The notes: a model not told the origin generated them from the letters alone. A stretch of 64,000 nucleotides of DNA from an uncultured Pseudomonadales bacterium (GCA_964406075.1 CAYOQI010000003.1:76718-140717); one strand, 5' to 3'; positions 1 to 10,016 are shown, numbered from the stretch's first letter. A program made the numbers and translations.

Positions 1-1
1 T

Positions 2-304
2 GCGAATGAAGAAGGAAAATTTACACTTCCAATTCAAGAAATACCGAAAATTAATACTCAGTCTGATGGAGTAAGTAGAAACTTTTTCTTGAGAGAATTG
101 GGAATTTATAATCAACCTTCAGGTACAAAGGAACTCCCTTTAGAAGATGAAAATAACAGAGTCATATTCTATATTGCCAGAGAAAATTTACCAAATGATT
201 TAAAAGGAGAATGGATACCTTTAAATAAAGTGGAAGAGTTACTTTTGGATGACGCGAAGGAAATTGTGGGAAAAGTACTGAAAACAGCGAGACTGAAGAA
301 TTAA
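2..304 (+). CDS. Nudix-like protein, C-terminal part (5' end off window)
   Basis: Frame stays open to the left edge. Degenerate Nudix-box-like stretch GKFTLPIQE...RNFFLRELGI. Followed by a second Nudix-like ORF. Confidence 0.4.
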   Translation, partial: ANEEGKFTLPIQEIPKINTQSDGVSRNFFLRELGIYNQPSGTKELPLEDENNRVIFYIARENLPNDLKGEWIPLNKVEELLLDDAKEIVGKVLKTARLKN

Positions 305-319
305 TTGAAAAGGAGAAAA

Positions 320-817
320 ATGACGGAAAAAGTATTTGTTCCTGGCAAAGTTGTTCGTGCTGTTATTACTCGACCTCAACCAAAACCTGAGCTTGTTCGT
401 AACGAGAATCCTCAGGTACTACTGGTTGAAAGACCAAACTGGAGTGGTCAAGCAAGTGAAGATTGGCAACTTCCAGGAGGAAGAATTATTAGCTTAGAGC
501 TTCAAGCTGAAGTAGCTCGTATTATAGGTGACGAATTAGGAATTGAGATTCGACAGGATAATTCTCCAGAATATATTGGAGGATATGAAAATGGTGATTG
601 GACATCCTGGCTATATCTCTGCCAACTTTTAGAAAATCCAGGGCCATTAAGAGTGGATCTAGACAGAAATCAAGGTGTAAGGTGGTTTGATACAAATGGA
701 AAAAGATTAATCTTAGAAAGAGAACAAGACGATGTTTTAGTAGAAAAGTATCGAATTGCCTTTGATCATCACAAAATGATTTCAGATGCTTTGAAAATGA
801 TCAGAGAGAAGAATTAA
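320..817 (+). CDS. Nudix-family hydrolase (degenerate Nudix box)
   Basis: WQLPGGRIISLELQAEVARIIGDELGIE resembles GX5EX7REUXEEXGU. AAGGAG at 311-316 favours the ATG at 320 over the TTG at 305. Confidence 0.6.
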   Translation: MTEKVFVPGKVVRAVITRPQPKPELVRNENPQVLLVERPNWSGQASEDWQLPGGRIISLELQAEVARIIGDELGIEIRQDNSPEYIGGYENGDWTSWLYLCQLLENPGPLRVDLDRNQGVRWFDTNGKRLILEREQDDVLVEKYRIAFDHHKMISDALKMIREKN

Positions 818-1297
818 TTATTTTTTACTTTTCCCAATCTTAAATCTTGTTGGTTCAAAGTCTGGTTCATTAATAGCAGGAATGATTAATTGAGCATGCA
901 AATGTTTGACTGATCCAGCAGAGTAATTGGTATCTCCAAATCGGAAAGCAATTCCACCGCCGGGAATATTTTTTTCTTTTTCAATTTCTCCAAACAATTG
1001 AAACAATTCAGCTCCTGCTTCTGGTTTTAATTCAGAAATAGTTTCTGCATGATATTTTAAAATTGCCAATAAATGAAGTTCAGTGTGATCATATGGCCAT
1101 TGGTTGGACGTAATCAGCCAATACTGACCTTCTTTAAGAGTTGGTTGCTTGTGATACAGATGGAAATTTTCCATGCAAAACGGACAGTGGCCCGCATCAA
1201 TGATCTTTTGCATTTCTTCACGCTGATCATCATAGCGAGCGTTTTCGATGTCGACGAAGTTAGCTGTTTTATTTGTGTGTTGATTAAGTGTGTTCAT
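818..1297 (-). CDS. HIT-superfamily nucleotide transferase/phosphorylase (GalT/Ap4A-phosphorylase-like branch)
   Basis: CPFC motif near the N-terminus and an HLHAQLI (HxHxQ) histidine-triad variant near the C-terminus. Confidence 0.6.
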   Translation of the reverse strand: MNTLNQHTNKTANFVDIENARYDDQREEMQKIIDAGHCPFCMENFHLYHKQPTLKEGQYWLITSNQWPYDHTELHLLAILKYHAETISELKPEAGAELFQLFGEIEKEKNIPGGGIAFRFGDTNYSAGSVKHLHAQLIIPAINEPDFEPTRFKIGKSKK

Positions 1298-1408
1298 GGG
1301 AAGTATTAATTAAATAAGTTTATAACAAGAAAAATATATAACCACAAAACTAAGAATTAGCTTGTGGAGTATTGAATAGCGAAGAAATATGAAGATTTAA
1401 TCATATAT

Positions 1409-2272
1409 TTATATTGCCACAGGAATATCTTTCATTCCAGGTAGTGGATCATAGTTCTCTAATTCAAAATCATCTTTGCGGAAGTCAAATAAATTATCAT
1501 GTGTATTGATCATTTTAATTTGAGGCAAAGGCGAAGCTTCTCTTTGAATTAATTCTTTCACCGCATCAACTTGGTCGACATAAATATGGGCATCAGAAAA
1601 GCTGTGAATGTATTCATACGGTTCAAGACCAGTGACATGCGCAATCATTAACAATAATGCTGAGTACTGCACCATGTTAGCCGGAACTCCAACCGGAACA
1701 TCAGCCGAACGTTGAAACATGTGTAGAGTTAATTTTCCGTCTAAAACTCGCAGATGAATCCAACCATGACAGGGGGCAACCACCACTTTTTGGGTTCGAC
1801 CAGTTATGCGATAGGTGTATTGCGGAATCCATGGGGTGATGAAGTGAGTACGCAAATGTGGACGTTCTTTGATTTGTTGAATCACAGCCGCGAATTGATT
1901 AAACGATTCACCTTCAGCAGTTGGAAAGTCATGAAAGGCGGCTCCATATGAACCAGGTCCAAGATCACCGGTTTCCAGTCCACGTTTTTTGCACTTAGCT
2001 TCTGTCACCCAAGGATGCCACCACTTGCAGCCATATTTTTCTAACTCTTCCTGAGTGCGAGCGCCATTGATAAAAGCAATAATTTCGGCCACAGCTTGTT
2101 TCCAAAATGCTTTGATACTCCGTTCGGTAATGACTGGGAAACCTTCACTGAGTTTAAATCTTAAAGGAGGTGGAGCCATGTAGGTAAGTGCATCCGTCTC
2201 TTGTTGAGTGTTCGTGCGTTCACCATTTTCTAAAATCGTTTTGAGGAGAGTCTGATATTGAGAAAGCGGCAT
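1409..2272 (-). CDS. thyA: thymidylate synthase (ThyA type, divergent)
   Basis: APCHG catalytic Cys motif and QRSADVPVGVPANMVQY (cf. QRSxDxxLGxPFN). The dUMP-specifying Asn is retained. Confidence 0.8.
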   Translation of the reverse strand: MPLSQYQTLLKTILENGERTNTQQETDALTYMAPPPLRFKLSEGFPVITERSIKAFWKQAVAEIIAFINGARTQEELEKYGCKWWHPWVTEAKCKKRGLETGDLGPGSYGAAFHDFPTAEGESFNQFAAVIQQIKERPHLRTHFITPWIPQYTYRITGRTQKVVVAPCHGWIHLRVLDGKLTLHMFQRSADVPVGVPANMVQYSALLLMIAHVTGLEPYEYIHSFSDAHIYVDQVDAVKELIQREASPLPQIKMINTHDNLFDFRKDDFELENYDPLPGMKDIPVAI

Positions 2273-2332
2273 GTTTTCCTTCTGTTGGATTATTCAAGTT
2301 ATATCATATTGTTTGTTAAAGAGTTAAGAACT

Positions 2333-2376
2333 GGATCCCCGATCATCTGAGCAAAGTCAGATGGTCGAGGATGACA
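2333..2376. repeat. GC-rich imperfect hairpin, member E1 of the CTG(A)GATCC...GGATGACA repeat family
   Basis: CATCTGA/TCAGATG 7-bp core stem extended to about 15 bp. Shares the 5' GGATCC and 3' GGATGACA ends with the copies at 57341 and 61872. Confidence 0.5.
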
Positions 2377-2396
2377 GTTGATGGTAGTATCAGACC

Positions 2397-2906
2397 ATGC
2401 ATGTTTTTCTGATTGCTGCTATTACTATCGATGGTTATATTGCTCGAGACTCTGATCAAATTTCAACTGCTTGGACGAGTAAAGAAGATAAAGCTTTTTT
2501 TCGTGATCGTACCAAACAAGCAGGTGTGATTGTGATGGGGCGAAAAACCTTTGAAACCATTGGACGAGCATTGCCCGATCGGTTAAATATTGTATTATCG
2601 CGCCAACCTCGACCTGCAGATTTAGCGGAAGAAATTCAATGGTCAAATCAAACTCCTCAAGAATTGTTAAAATATTTAGAAGAAAAAGGTCATCAAGAAG
2701 TGGCGATTTGTGGTGGTCAACAAATTTATTCTCAATTTTTAGAAGCAGGACTCATTAACACTCTCTACTTAACAGTTGAACCTGTGGTTTTTGGAAATGG
2801 AGTGAAGTTCGTAGATCAAGTTTCAGCAGTGAATTGTCGATTAAAAAGTGAAAAAAAACTGAATGAACAAGGAACGGTTCTCCTCGAATATGAAGTTACG
2901 CATTAA
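2397..2906 (+). CDS. dihydrofolate reductase-like protein (RibD C-terminal/DHFR fold)
   Basis: IAAITIDGYIA...VIVMGRKTFETIG...NIVLSR pattern. Divergently paired with thyA. Confidence 0.7.
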   Translation: MHVFLIAAITIDGYIARDSDQISTAWTSKEDKAFFRDRTKQAGVIVMGRKTFETIGRALPDRLNIVLSRQPRPADLAEEIQWSNQTPQELLKYLEEKGHQEVAICGGQQIYSQFLEAGLINTLYLTVEPVVFGNGVKFVDQVSAVNCRLKSEKKLNEQGTVLLEYEVTH

Positions 2907-3318
2907 ACGTTTTGATAAAACCATACCTCTCCCAGAATACAAAACGATAGGTGCAGCCGGTTTCGATTTATCGTCTCGCATAACGATCACCATTTCTTCT
3001 CATCAGATTGGATATATTCCACTCAATATTGCTCTTCAATTACCTCAAAATGCTTGGTTACTTTTGTCAGCTCGCAGTTCATTACACAAAAGTGGCTTAA
3101 TGATGGCCAATGGAATTGGTGTAGGGGATCCTGATTTTTCGGGAGATGGAGATGAGTATCAAGCTGCTGTTTTTAATTTCACTGACAAAGACGTCACGAT
3201 TGAAAAAGGCCAACGGATTGTGCAAGGGATAATCATGAATCGACAGCAAGCTGAGTTTGAAGAAGTAGAAAGTTTGGGAAATGCTGATCGTGGCGGATTT
3301 GGTTCGACTGGAAAGTAG
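2890..3318 (+). CDS. dut: dUTP diphosphatase
   Basis: AGFDL, GIGVGDPDFSGD and RGGFGSTG dUTPase motifs. The ATG at 2890 overlaps the upstream stop by 17 nt. The track start at 2863 is less likely. Confidence 0.85.
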   Translation: MKLRIKRFDKTIPLPEYKTIGAAGFDLSSRITITISSHQIGYIPLNIALQLPQNAWLLLSARSSLHKSGLMMANGIGVGDPDFSGDGDEYQAAVFNFTDKDVTIEKGQRIVQGIIMNRQQAEFEEVESLGNADRGGFGSTGK

Positions 3319-3485
3319 TTCATCAGCTGGTTGGTTCAATAGTATGCTGGTTTTTCATTTCTATATATTGATTCCTTTGTACTAAATTTCTCAATAGATT
3401 GTGTGTTTTGGTTTTTGTTGGTGTTGCTGTAAGATTTTTTTTTAGTTAGAGTTACGTTCTTAGTTAATCAAATACATTCACATCC

Positions 3486-4481
3486 ATGCAAACCGTTGTT
3501 GAATCCAATAATTTCTCTCGTTTTCCTCACGTTTGGAAAAAGCTGAATAGAACTCCTGAATTTTCTCCTAACGATCTTATGCATCCTGTCGCAGAGTGGG
3601 TAGATGACCGTCCAGCTATGCAACTCGTTAATAGTGCTATTCCCTTTATGGGGCTCAGAATTATGGAAGAGACAGAAGAAATAAGAGAGGGTTTAGCCAT
3701 TGGCGGTTTAGAACTGGCGAAGGAATTAAATGATCAATTCTTTTTTGAGGCTTCACTTGCCCATAATCTAGGAAAACTTGAAGAAATTCATCTTCCATCA
3801 CTTGCGAGCCGTCTCAATGGTGTGGGTGCTCGAGATGATATCTTGGACAAAATGCGAGAAGTGGCAGGCAATATGGAAGATAAGCGAACAGTCATGAAAG
3901 ATCTTGAATGGCTGATGAGTGCTTGGATGAGCTTTTTGCGACATGGTCCGGTAGAAGCTGATCCTGTAGATATTATGAGAAAAGTTATAAAGAAAAATGG
4001 AACAAATGTGAGTGGCAATCATCCGGCAATGTACTATTCAGGAAGAGATCCATTGACAGGTGAAATCTTGAATCCTGATGAAATGTATGAGCAATATAGA
4101 GGAACCAGAGGTAAGCTTAGAGCGATTAGGATGCATACAGGAAACCGACCGGAGGGTTTAAAGCCTTCTGATCATTTACCTTTTAGAAACCTGATTAACG
4201 ATTTCAGACGGCCTGAAGAATCATTTGAGGAGCTGATGGAATATTTGACACTCACACCAAGAATCTCACAACATTTATCTGACTACTACCAAAATGCTTC
4301 AGTCAAACTTGTAACTTCTTATCATCAATATTCTCGAGATCATGCATTATCTGCTCGTGAATTAGAAACCCTTATGCCTCAGCCTGGTTTACGTGAAGAT
4401 AGTTCAACTGTGAAGTTCAAAAGCACATCTTTTAATAATTCCTCATTTTATTTGAATGCGACTGTTCGTTTCAGTCATTAA
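3486..4481 (+). CDS. hypothetical protein, possible MazG-like all-alpha NTP pyrophosphohydrolase
   Basis: MEETEEIREGLAIGGLELAKELND fits EXXE-(15)-EXXD. Sits between dut and tmk. Confidence 0.35.
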   Translation: MQTVVESNNFSRFPHVWKKLNRTPEFSPNDLMHPVAEWVDDRPAMQLVNSAIPFMGLRIMEETEEIREGLAIGGLELAKELNDQFFFEASLAHNLGKLEEIHLPSLASRLNGVGARDDILDKMREVAGNMEDKRTVMKDLEWLMSAWMSFLRHGPVEADPVDIMRKVIKKNGTNVSGNHPAMYYSGRDPLTGEILNPDEMYEQYRGTRGKLRAIRMHTGNRPEGLKPSDHLPFRNLINDFRRPEESFEELMEYLTLTPRISQHLSDYYQNASVKLVTSYHQYSRDHALSARELETLMPQPGLREDSSTVKFKSTSFNNSSFYLNATVRFSH

Positions 4482-4519
4482 TTCGCTATACTAGTTTAAA
4501 TAAAAAATAAATAAAGATT

Positions 4520-5152
4520 ATGTCCAAATATCCAGGTTTTTTAATCTCATTTGAAGGTGGAGAAGGTGGTGGTAAAACTACTCAACTCGTTCGTCTGCGG
4601 GAGCGTCTTGTTAAAGCAGGAAAAGATGTGATTGCCTTGCGTGAGCCAGGAGGCACAGTCATCTCTGAACAAATTCGGGAAGTAGTTCTATCAAGCAAAA
4701 ATGTCGGAATGGCATACACAACTGAAGTTCTACTTTTTCAAGCTGCTCGTGCACAAATTTACCGAGAAATTGTATTACCTTCATTAGAAGTTGGAAAAAT
4801 TGTGTTAATGGATCGAACTCGAGATAGTTCGGTGGTCTACCAAGGCATGGTGCGAAAGTTTGGCGTTGAGACGATTCACATGCTGAATGATTTATCCACC
4901 AAAAGTACTGTTCCTGATCTCACCTTTTTACTTGATATTGATGTAGTAACTGGTCTCACTCGTCGCGGTGAAGCCGGTGATGTCAATCGTTTGGATATGG
5001 AAGCAGAAAAATTTCATGAACAGGTGAGAACCGCATATTTAGAATTGGCCAAAAACAATGATCACAAACGCTGGAATATCATCAATGCAGGACAAGAAAT
5101 AGAAAAAGTGGAAGAGGATATTTGGAAGGTAGTACAGGAGAAAGCAAAATAA
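4520..5152 (+). CDS. tmk: thymidylate (dTMP) kinase
   Basis: P-loop FEGGEGGGKTTQ, a REPGGT motif and a DR...SS..YQG pattern. Confidence 0.9.
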   Translation: MSKYPGFLISFEGGEGGGKTTQLVRLRERLVKAGKDVIALREPGGTVISEQIREVVLSSKNVGMAYTTEVLLFQAARAQIYREIVLPSLEVGKIVLMDRTRDSSVVYQGMVRKFGVETIHMLNDLSTKSTVPDLTFLLDIDVVTGLTRRGEAGDVNRLDMEAEKFHEQVRTAYLELAKNNDHKRWNIINAGQEIEKVEEDIWKVVQEKAK

Positions 5153-5157
5153 TATTT

Positions 5158-5553
5158 ATGGATAATCGAGAAAATAGTATAAACAATCCGGTTGAAAAAA
5201 TTGTGAAAGAGTACAAAGAAAAAGTGAATGGGAATCCGGCTTCGGCTGTGTATTTATTGGCAAAAGATATTTTAAATCATTCACACGAAACTCAAACTGA
5301 TCCATCAACAGAGATGCAAAGTGCATTGCAAAAACTGTATGGTGAAGCTATTAGTAAATACTCTGCAGGATTGACTGGTCCATTAGCCAATTGCATACAA
5401 ACAGGATCTTTGGCTTTAGCCGTTAAAGAATTGTATGAATGGTCAAGAAGTCCTGCTGAATCAAGGTTGCAATTGTATTCAGGTAAAATTAAGTTACGCC
5501 CTATGAGCGAGAATTATTTTTCACTTTTAGATAGTCCAGGAGGAAGGGGATAA
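5158..5553 (+). CDS. hypothetical protein
   Basis: ORF with no recognisable motif. The ATG at 5158 is preferred to the TTG at 5122, which overlaps tmk. Confidence 0.4.
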   Translation: MDNRENSINNPVEKIVKEYKEKVNGNPASAVYLLAKDILNHSHETQTDPSTEMQSALQKLYGEAISKYSAGLTGPLANCIQTGSLALAVKELYEWSRSPAESRLQLYSGKIKLRPMSENYFSLLDSPGGRG

Positions 5554-5555
5554 GA

Positions 5556-5900
5556 ATGGTTGAGAAAAGCGAACAAACCGAGATGCAAGGTATAGAAAAG
5601 AACGAATATTTAGAAATAATCCGTAAAAAATTGATTCCGTTAGTTTCAGACGAAAATATTACTGAAGAGCAGATTATTAGGGTTGCAAGTGAACTATGGA
5701 CAAAGTTAAAAAGTAAAGTAAGTGATACTGAAATTTTAGAATGGATAGAGAAGCAGGAAGCAAAAAAAGATTGGTTGGCGAAAGTTATAAGGCCTCACAG
5801 TAAAATTTCATTTGGTACAGCCATGTGGTGGTTTGCTCAGGGAAAAGCATTACCTCTCGACAATGTGAGAAGCTCTTGGACGAGTCATAATAAACAATAA
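5556..5900 (+). CDS. hypothetical protein
   Basis: ORF starting 2 nt after the previous stop. No recognisable motif. Confidence 0.4.
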   Translation: MVEKSEQTEMQGIEKNEYLEIIRKKLIPLVSDENITEEQIIRVASELWTKLKSKVSDTEILEWIEKQEAKKDWLAKVIRPHSKISFGTAMWWFAQGKALPLDNVRSSWTSHNKQ

Positions 5901-5962
5901 AAAAATTTCAGAATTAGAGACATGTTGAAAAATTTGGCAACAGAAACTAAAAAGGAAGATAC

Positions 5963-6628
5963 ATGAAAAAAAATAGCAAATATGATCTTTTTATTTTTGA
6001 TTTTGATGGAACACTAGCAGATTCAAGACTTAATATTATTAATAGTCTAAATTTTGCCCTCAATACACAAGGTTTATCACCCATAGAAGGAAAAAGAATA
6101 ACACCTCTCATTGGTAAAATGTCACTAGATAACACTTTTTTATATTTTTATCCTGAACTAAAAACAGTACAAATTGAGAAATTGTTAGAAGAATTTCGCA
6201 TATACCAACGAGAACATGCTCACGAGGAGTTAGTATTTTTCCCAGAAGTATTATCAACGCTAGAGAAACTGTATAAACAAAAAAAAATGCTAGCGATATT
6301 GACAACAAAACATATTAGTCAGATCACATACATTCTTAAATTGTTTAAGATTGATCACTTTTTTGATGTTGTTTTGGGGGAAGGTGTGATCTCGCAAAGG
6401 AAACCAGCGTCTGAATGTGTAGGGTATATTTTATCATCACTATCAGTTCCACTTGATAAGTCAAAGGTTGTAATGATAGGTGATTCATCTGTGGATGTTC
6501 TGTCTGCTCAGAATGGAGGTATTGATATGATTGCTGTTGGTCATGGTACAGATAGCCTTGAGTCTTTAAAAGAAATGGGTGCAATATTTACAGTCAACAC
6601 TTTTTCAGAAATTTTGCAATATACATAA
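5963..6628 (+). CDS. HAD-superfamily phosphatase (phosphoglycolate-phosphatase-like)
   Basis: DFDGTLADS motif I, TTK motif II and GDSSVD motif IV. Confidence 0.8.
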   Translation: MKKNSKYDLFIFDFDGTLADSRLNIINSLNFALNTQGLSPIEGKRITPLIGKMSLDNTFLYFYPELKTVQIEKLLEEFRIYQREHAHEELVFFPEVLSTLEKLYKQKKMLAILTTKHISQITYILKLFKIDHFFDVVLGEGVISQRKPASECVGYILSSLSVPLDKSKVVMIGDSSVDVLSAQNGGIDMIAVGHGTDSLESLKEMGAIFTVNTFSEILQYT

Positions 6629-6646
6629 AGTATTTTAAAAATTAAA

Positions 6647-7540
6647 ATGGTTGAAAAAATTTTGGGTGTCGGGTATGTAGTTACTGATGTGATTCAAGGT
6701 AAAGAGTATCTTGGTGGTGCGGCTGCAGGTATTGCTATTAACGGAAAAAATTTAGGCTTAGATACAGGATTGCTTGCATTGTTGGGAGGAGATGAAAGAA
6801 GTAAAAAATATCTTTTAAAACTTTTAGAAATTGGGGTAGATCTCACACATTTAATCAATGTGCCAGAAGCAAATATACCCAAAAATGAGATGAATCATGA
6901 TGATCGGACCAAGGGGTGGAATGATTTCGGGATTGGAGCATTTTTTACTGACATACAGCTGGAAAAAGATGTTTTAGCTAATTATGGGATTGTCCATATA
7001 GCAAGTGCACATCCATTTTTAGTAAACAAAGTTTTAGAAAGAAAACTTTACAATAACTTGATGTTTACATATTCACCTGGTCCAAAAATTGTTAATGACC
7101 CAGCTTTTTTGAACAAGGATTGCCTTAGAGCATCTGAAGTGTTATTTCTTAATGAGACTGAGTGGAAGGCAATAAGAAATCAATTACAGATTGATACTCC
7201 TCAAAGTTTATTTTCTTATGGACCCAATGTTGTTATTATTTCAAAAGGAAGCGAAGGAATTAGTGCATTTAGTCAGTCTAGCTTAGGGAGAGAAGAATTC
7301 CTTCCATCAATTTCATGGGAAGATCCTGAAACGACTGGAGCAGGGGATGCATTAGCTTTAGGATTCGTGATTGGATACACACAACATTTAGGAGTTGCTA
7401 CTTCTCTAGAATTGGGACGATTTTTGTCATTTTGTGCTATCCAAAAACCTGGAGTAATTCTAGATGAGTCTGAATTGGGAAAATTTCAATTATTCTTAAA
7501 ACAACAAGGTGTTTCTGTCCAGCAGAAAGGAAAACATTGA
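6647..7540 (+). CDS. PfkB-family sugar/nucleoside kinase
   Basis: N-terminal GGAAAG pattern and the C-terminal TTGAGDALALGF signature. Confidence 0.75.
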   Translation: MVEKILGVGYVVTDVIQGKEYLGGAAAGIAINGKNLGLDTGLLALLGGDERSKKYLLKLLEIGVDLTHLINVPEANIPKNEMNHDDRTKGWNDFGIGAFFTDIQLEKDVLANYGIVHIASAHPFLVNKVLERKLYNNLMFTYSPGPKIVNDPAFLNKDCLRASEVLFLNETEWKAIRNQLQIDTPQSLFSYGPNVVIISKGSEGISAFSQSSLGREEFLPSISWEDPETTGAGDALALGFVIGYTQHLGVATSLELGRFLSFCAIQKPGVILDESELGKFQLFLKQQGVSVQQKGKH

Positions 7541-8274
7541 GTAATCAGTCTAAAAATATTATAGTTACTGGAGCTAATGGTGGATTGGGAACGGCTATTG
7601 TCCAAAGATTAATTGAAGAGAAATTCTCTCTTATTTTATTTGATAATAATAACAGTCAATTGGAAAGCTTTTCAGAGCTAGCACTCAAAAATGATACTTT
7701 GCTTAAATTTTTTACATTTGATATCTCAAATCCCACAAATATTAAGGAAATTTTTCAACAATTGGAATCTGAGTATGACTCAATTTTTGGTCTTGTGAAT
7801 AACGTAGGAATTTACCCAATAAAAAGACTTGAAGAGTATACTCTAGAACTTTGGCATCAAGTGGTTGATGTAAATCTCACTTCAGCATTTTTATGTACAC
7901 AGTTAGTTTTACCATTTATGAAAAAAGCTGGCGGAAAAATAATCAATATTGCATCAACAGGCGCCCATTTAGGGAGTCGTGATCCAGGTTATAGTTCATC
8001 AAAAGCAGGATTGATAGGTTTGACAAAATCATGTGCCCGCAATCTAAGTCAATATAATATTCAGGTAAATGCAATAGCACCGGGGATGATTGATACACAA
8101 ATGTCCAGGAGAATGAGGCCTGAAGATCGACAAAAGAATGTCGAAATGAGTTTAGTGCGAAGAATGGGAATCCCTACAGATGTGTCAGGAGTTGTACAGT
8201 TCTTACTTTCTTCAGATTCAGATTACATTAATGGGTTTACAATAGATGTGAATGGAGGAATGTATATCCGATAG
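7537..8274 (+). CDS. short-chain dehydrogenase/reductase (SDR)
   Basis: TGANGGLGTAI cofactor motif and YSSSKAG catalytic motif. The TTG start overlaps the upstream stop by 4 nt. Confidence 0.8.
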   Translation: MSNQSKNIIVTGANGGLGTAIVQRLIEEKFSLILFDNNNSQLESFSELALKNDTLLKFFTFDISNPTNIKEIFQQLESEYDSIFGLVNNVGIYPIKRLEEYTLELWHQVVDVNLTSAFLCTQLVLPFMKKAGGKIINIASTGAHLGSRDPGYSSSKAGLIGLTKSCARNLSQYNIQVNAIAPGMIDTQMSRRMRPEDRQKNVEMSLVRRMGIPTDVSGVVQFLLSSDSDYINGFTIDVNGGMYIR

Positions 8275-8335
8275 TTTTAAAAGAATTTAGAGTAGATATA
8301 TGTTACAAAGTAAAGCAATTTGAAAAGAGGAAAAG

Positions 8336-8965
8336 ATGTCAGATGTCATCGAAATTTTAAAAGAAGTCAATGCGATTATCATAGATAGTCACCTTGTGGG
8401 CACCTCAGGACGTCATATGAGTGTCTACATAAATAAAGATGCACTCTTTCCACATGCAAACGCAGCTTCAAAAGTTGGCGAATTATTTGCTAAGAAGTAT
8501 CAAGACAGGGGCATTGAAGTCATTGTTGCCCCAGCCATGGGAGGCATTATTTTGTCACAGTGGACTGCTTTTCATTTATCGAAACTTACAGGTCAAGAAG
8601 TTTTTGGAGTTTATACTGAAAAAACTGGTGATAATGGACAGGTATTTAAGCGTGGTTATGACACCTTTGTGAAAGGCAAAAAGGTTTTGGTTATTGAAGA
8701 CCTGACTACTACCGGTGGTTCTGTGAAAAAAGTAGTGGATGTTGTTCGAGAAGAAGGTGGAGAAGTGGTAGAAGTATGTGTGATGGTAAATCGTGATGAA
8801 AAAATGGTCAATGCAAAAAGTGTTGGTGCCCCTTTTTCTTCTTTAGGAATTTTTCCTGCTGTTTCGTATAGCGAAGAAGAATGTCCTCTATGTAAACAAG
8901 GCATACCGATAAATACAAAGGTAGGTCATGGAAAAGCATTTTTGAAAAAACAACAATCAAGATAA
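8336..8965 (+). CDS. pyrE: orotate phosphoribosyltransferase-like type I PRTase
   Basis: PRPP-binding motif VLVIEDLTTTGGS. Lies immediately upstream of pyrF. Confidence 0.65.
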   Translation: MSDVIEILKEVNAIIIDSHLVGTSGRHMSVYINKDALFPHANAASKVGELFAKKYQDRGIEVIVAPAMGGIILSQWTAFHLSKLTGQEVFGVYTEKTGDNGQVFKRGYDTFVKGKKVLVIEDLTTTGGSVKKVVDVVREEGGEVVEVCVMVNRDEKMVNAKSVGAPFSSLGIFPAVSYSEEECPLCKQGIPINTKVGHGKAFLKKQQSR

Positions 8966-8992
8966 GATTTATATAATTTACTACCTAACTAC

Positions 8993-9850
8993 ATGTTTCC
9001 GCTTGATAAGCTTCACCAGCGTCAAAATAAAACGAACTCTCTCCTTTGTATTGGATTAGATCCTGATTTCTCAAAAATTTCTGCTCAATTTTCAAAATTA
9101 AAATTTCCACAATTTGAATTTAATAAATGGATCATTGAACAAACTCATGAATATGCTTTGGCGTACAAACCAAACACTGCTTTTTACGAGGCACGAGGGA
9201 GTCAAGGTTGGAAAGAGCTAGAAATGACAATGGAGTATTTGCATAAAAATCACCCCGATATTTTTACGATTGCAGATGCGAAGCGGGGAGATATTGGTTC
9301 GACGAACCAAGGATATGTGACGGCTATTTTTGATCATCTTGGTTTTGATGCTGTCACGATTCACCCATTCACTGGATCAGAAGGTTTGTCTCCATTTTTA
9401 GAAAGACAAGATAAAGTTTCCATCGTTTTGTGTCATACGTCGAATCCAGGAGCAAAGGAGTTGCAGGAAATGCGTTTGCAAACAGAATTGGCTAACGACG
9501 ACGGGATCCCTCTCTCGACTGAAAGTCGGGATCGGGATGACAGTTTATTATTATGGCAAATTATTGCTGAGAAAGTTGTGAATGATTGGAATAAAAACAA
9601 AAACTGTATGCTGGTGGTGGGAGCGACATTCCCAGAAGAACTAAAAAAAGTTCGGGAAATAGTGGGAGATATGTGGCTACTTATCCCTGGCATAGGATCT
9701 CAAGGAGGTGACCTGGATGCAGTTTTGGAAAATGGTTTAACTGCTAAAAAAGACGGAGTACTCATCAATGCTTCCCGAAGTATTATTTTTGCAGAGTCAC
9801 CAAAAGATGAGGCTGAAAATTTGGTTAGACAAATGCAAAAGTTGCTTTAA
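8993..9850 (+). CDS. pyrF: orotidine-5'-phosphate decarboxylase, type 2
   Basis: IGLDPD, YKPNTAFY, DAKRGDIGST, PGIGSQGG and NASRSI motifs. Confidence 0.85.
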   Translation: MFPLDKLHQRQNKTNSLLCIGLDPDFSKISAQFSKLKFPQFEFNKWIIEQTHEYALAYKPNTAFYEARGSQGWKELEMTMEYLHKNHPDIFTIADAKRGDIGSTNQGYVTAIFDHLGFDAVTIHPFTGSEGLSPFLERQDKVSIVLCHTSNPGAKELQEMRLQTELANDDGIPLSTESRDRDDSLLLWQIIAEKVVNDWNKNKNCMLVVGATFPEELKKVREIVGDMWLLIPGIGSQGGDLDAVLENGLTAKKDGVLINASRSIIFAESPKDEAENLVRQMQKLL

Positions 9851-9899
9851 AATTCTTACTTTTTTCCTGCAATATTTTATATACAATACTCTCATAAGA

Positions 9900-9928
9900 T
9901 TGATAATCAGGTAGTTTTTTGATATAAT
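9900..9928 (+). promoter_or_regulatory. sigma70-type promoter (TTGATA-17 nt-TATAAT)
   Basis: TTGATA at 9900-9905, a 17-nt spacer and TATAAT at 9923-9928. Confidence 0.5.
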
Positions 9929-9935
9929 TTACTCG

Positions 9936-10016
9936 ATGAGACAGCAAAATTTTAATCATTGGAAAAATAAAATAAGTCTTTGTATGAAGACCTATTTTTT
10001 ATTTAAAATTATCTAA
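9936..10016 (+). CDS. candidate leaderless 26-aa mini-ORF (MRQQNFNHWKNKISLCMKTYFLFKII)
   Basis: The ATG lies 7 nt after the -10 box. The stop TAA at 10014-10016 abuts the 5' arm of the terminator hairpin. Confidence 0.25.
   Translation: MRQQNFNHWKNKISLCMKTYFLFKII

Noticed and set aside
1073-1951. Short plus-strand ORFs 1073-1309 and 1754-1951.
   Set aside because: They are antisense to the HIT and thyA genes, which carry convincing family motifs. They show no independent signals.
1409-2272. The divergent ThyA-like gene as a dCMP/dUMP hydroxymethylase, a phage-type base-hypermodification enzyme.
   Set aside because: The motif DVPVGVPAN keeps the Asn that specifies dUMP in thymidylate synthases; dCMP hydroxymethylases have Asp there. 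The gene is also paired with a DHFR-like gene, dut and tmk, which fits ordinary dTMP synthesis.
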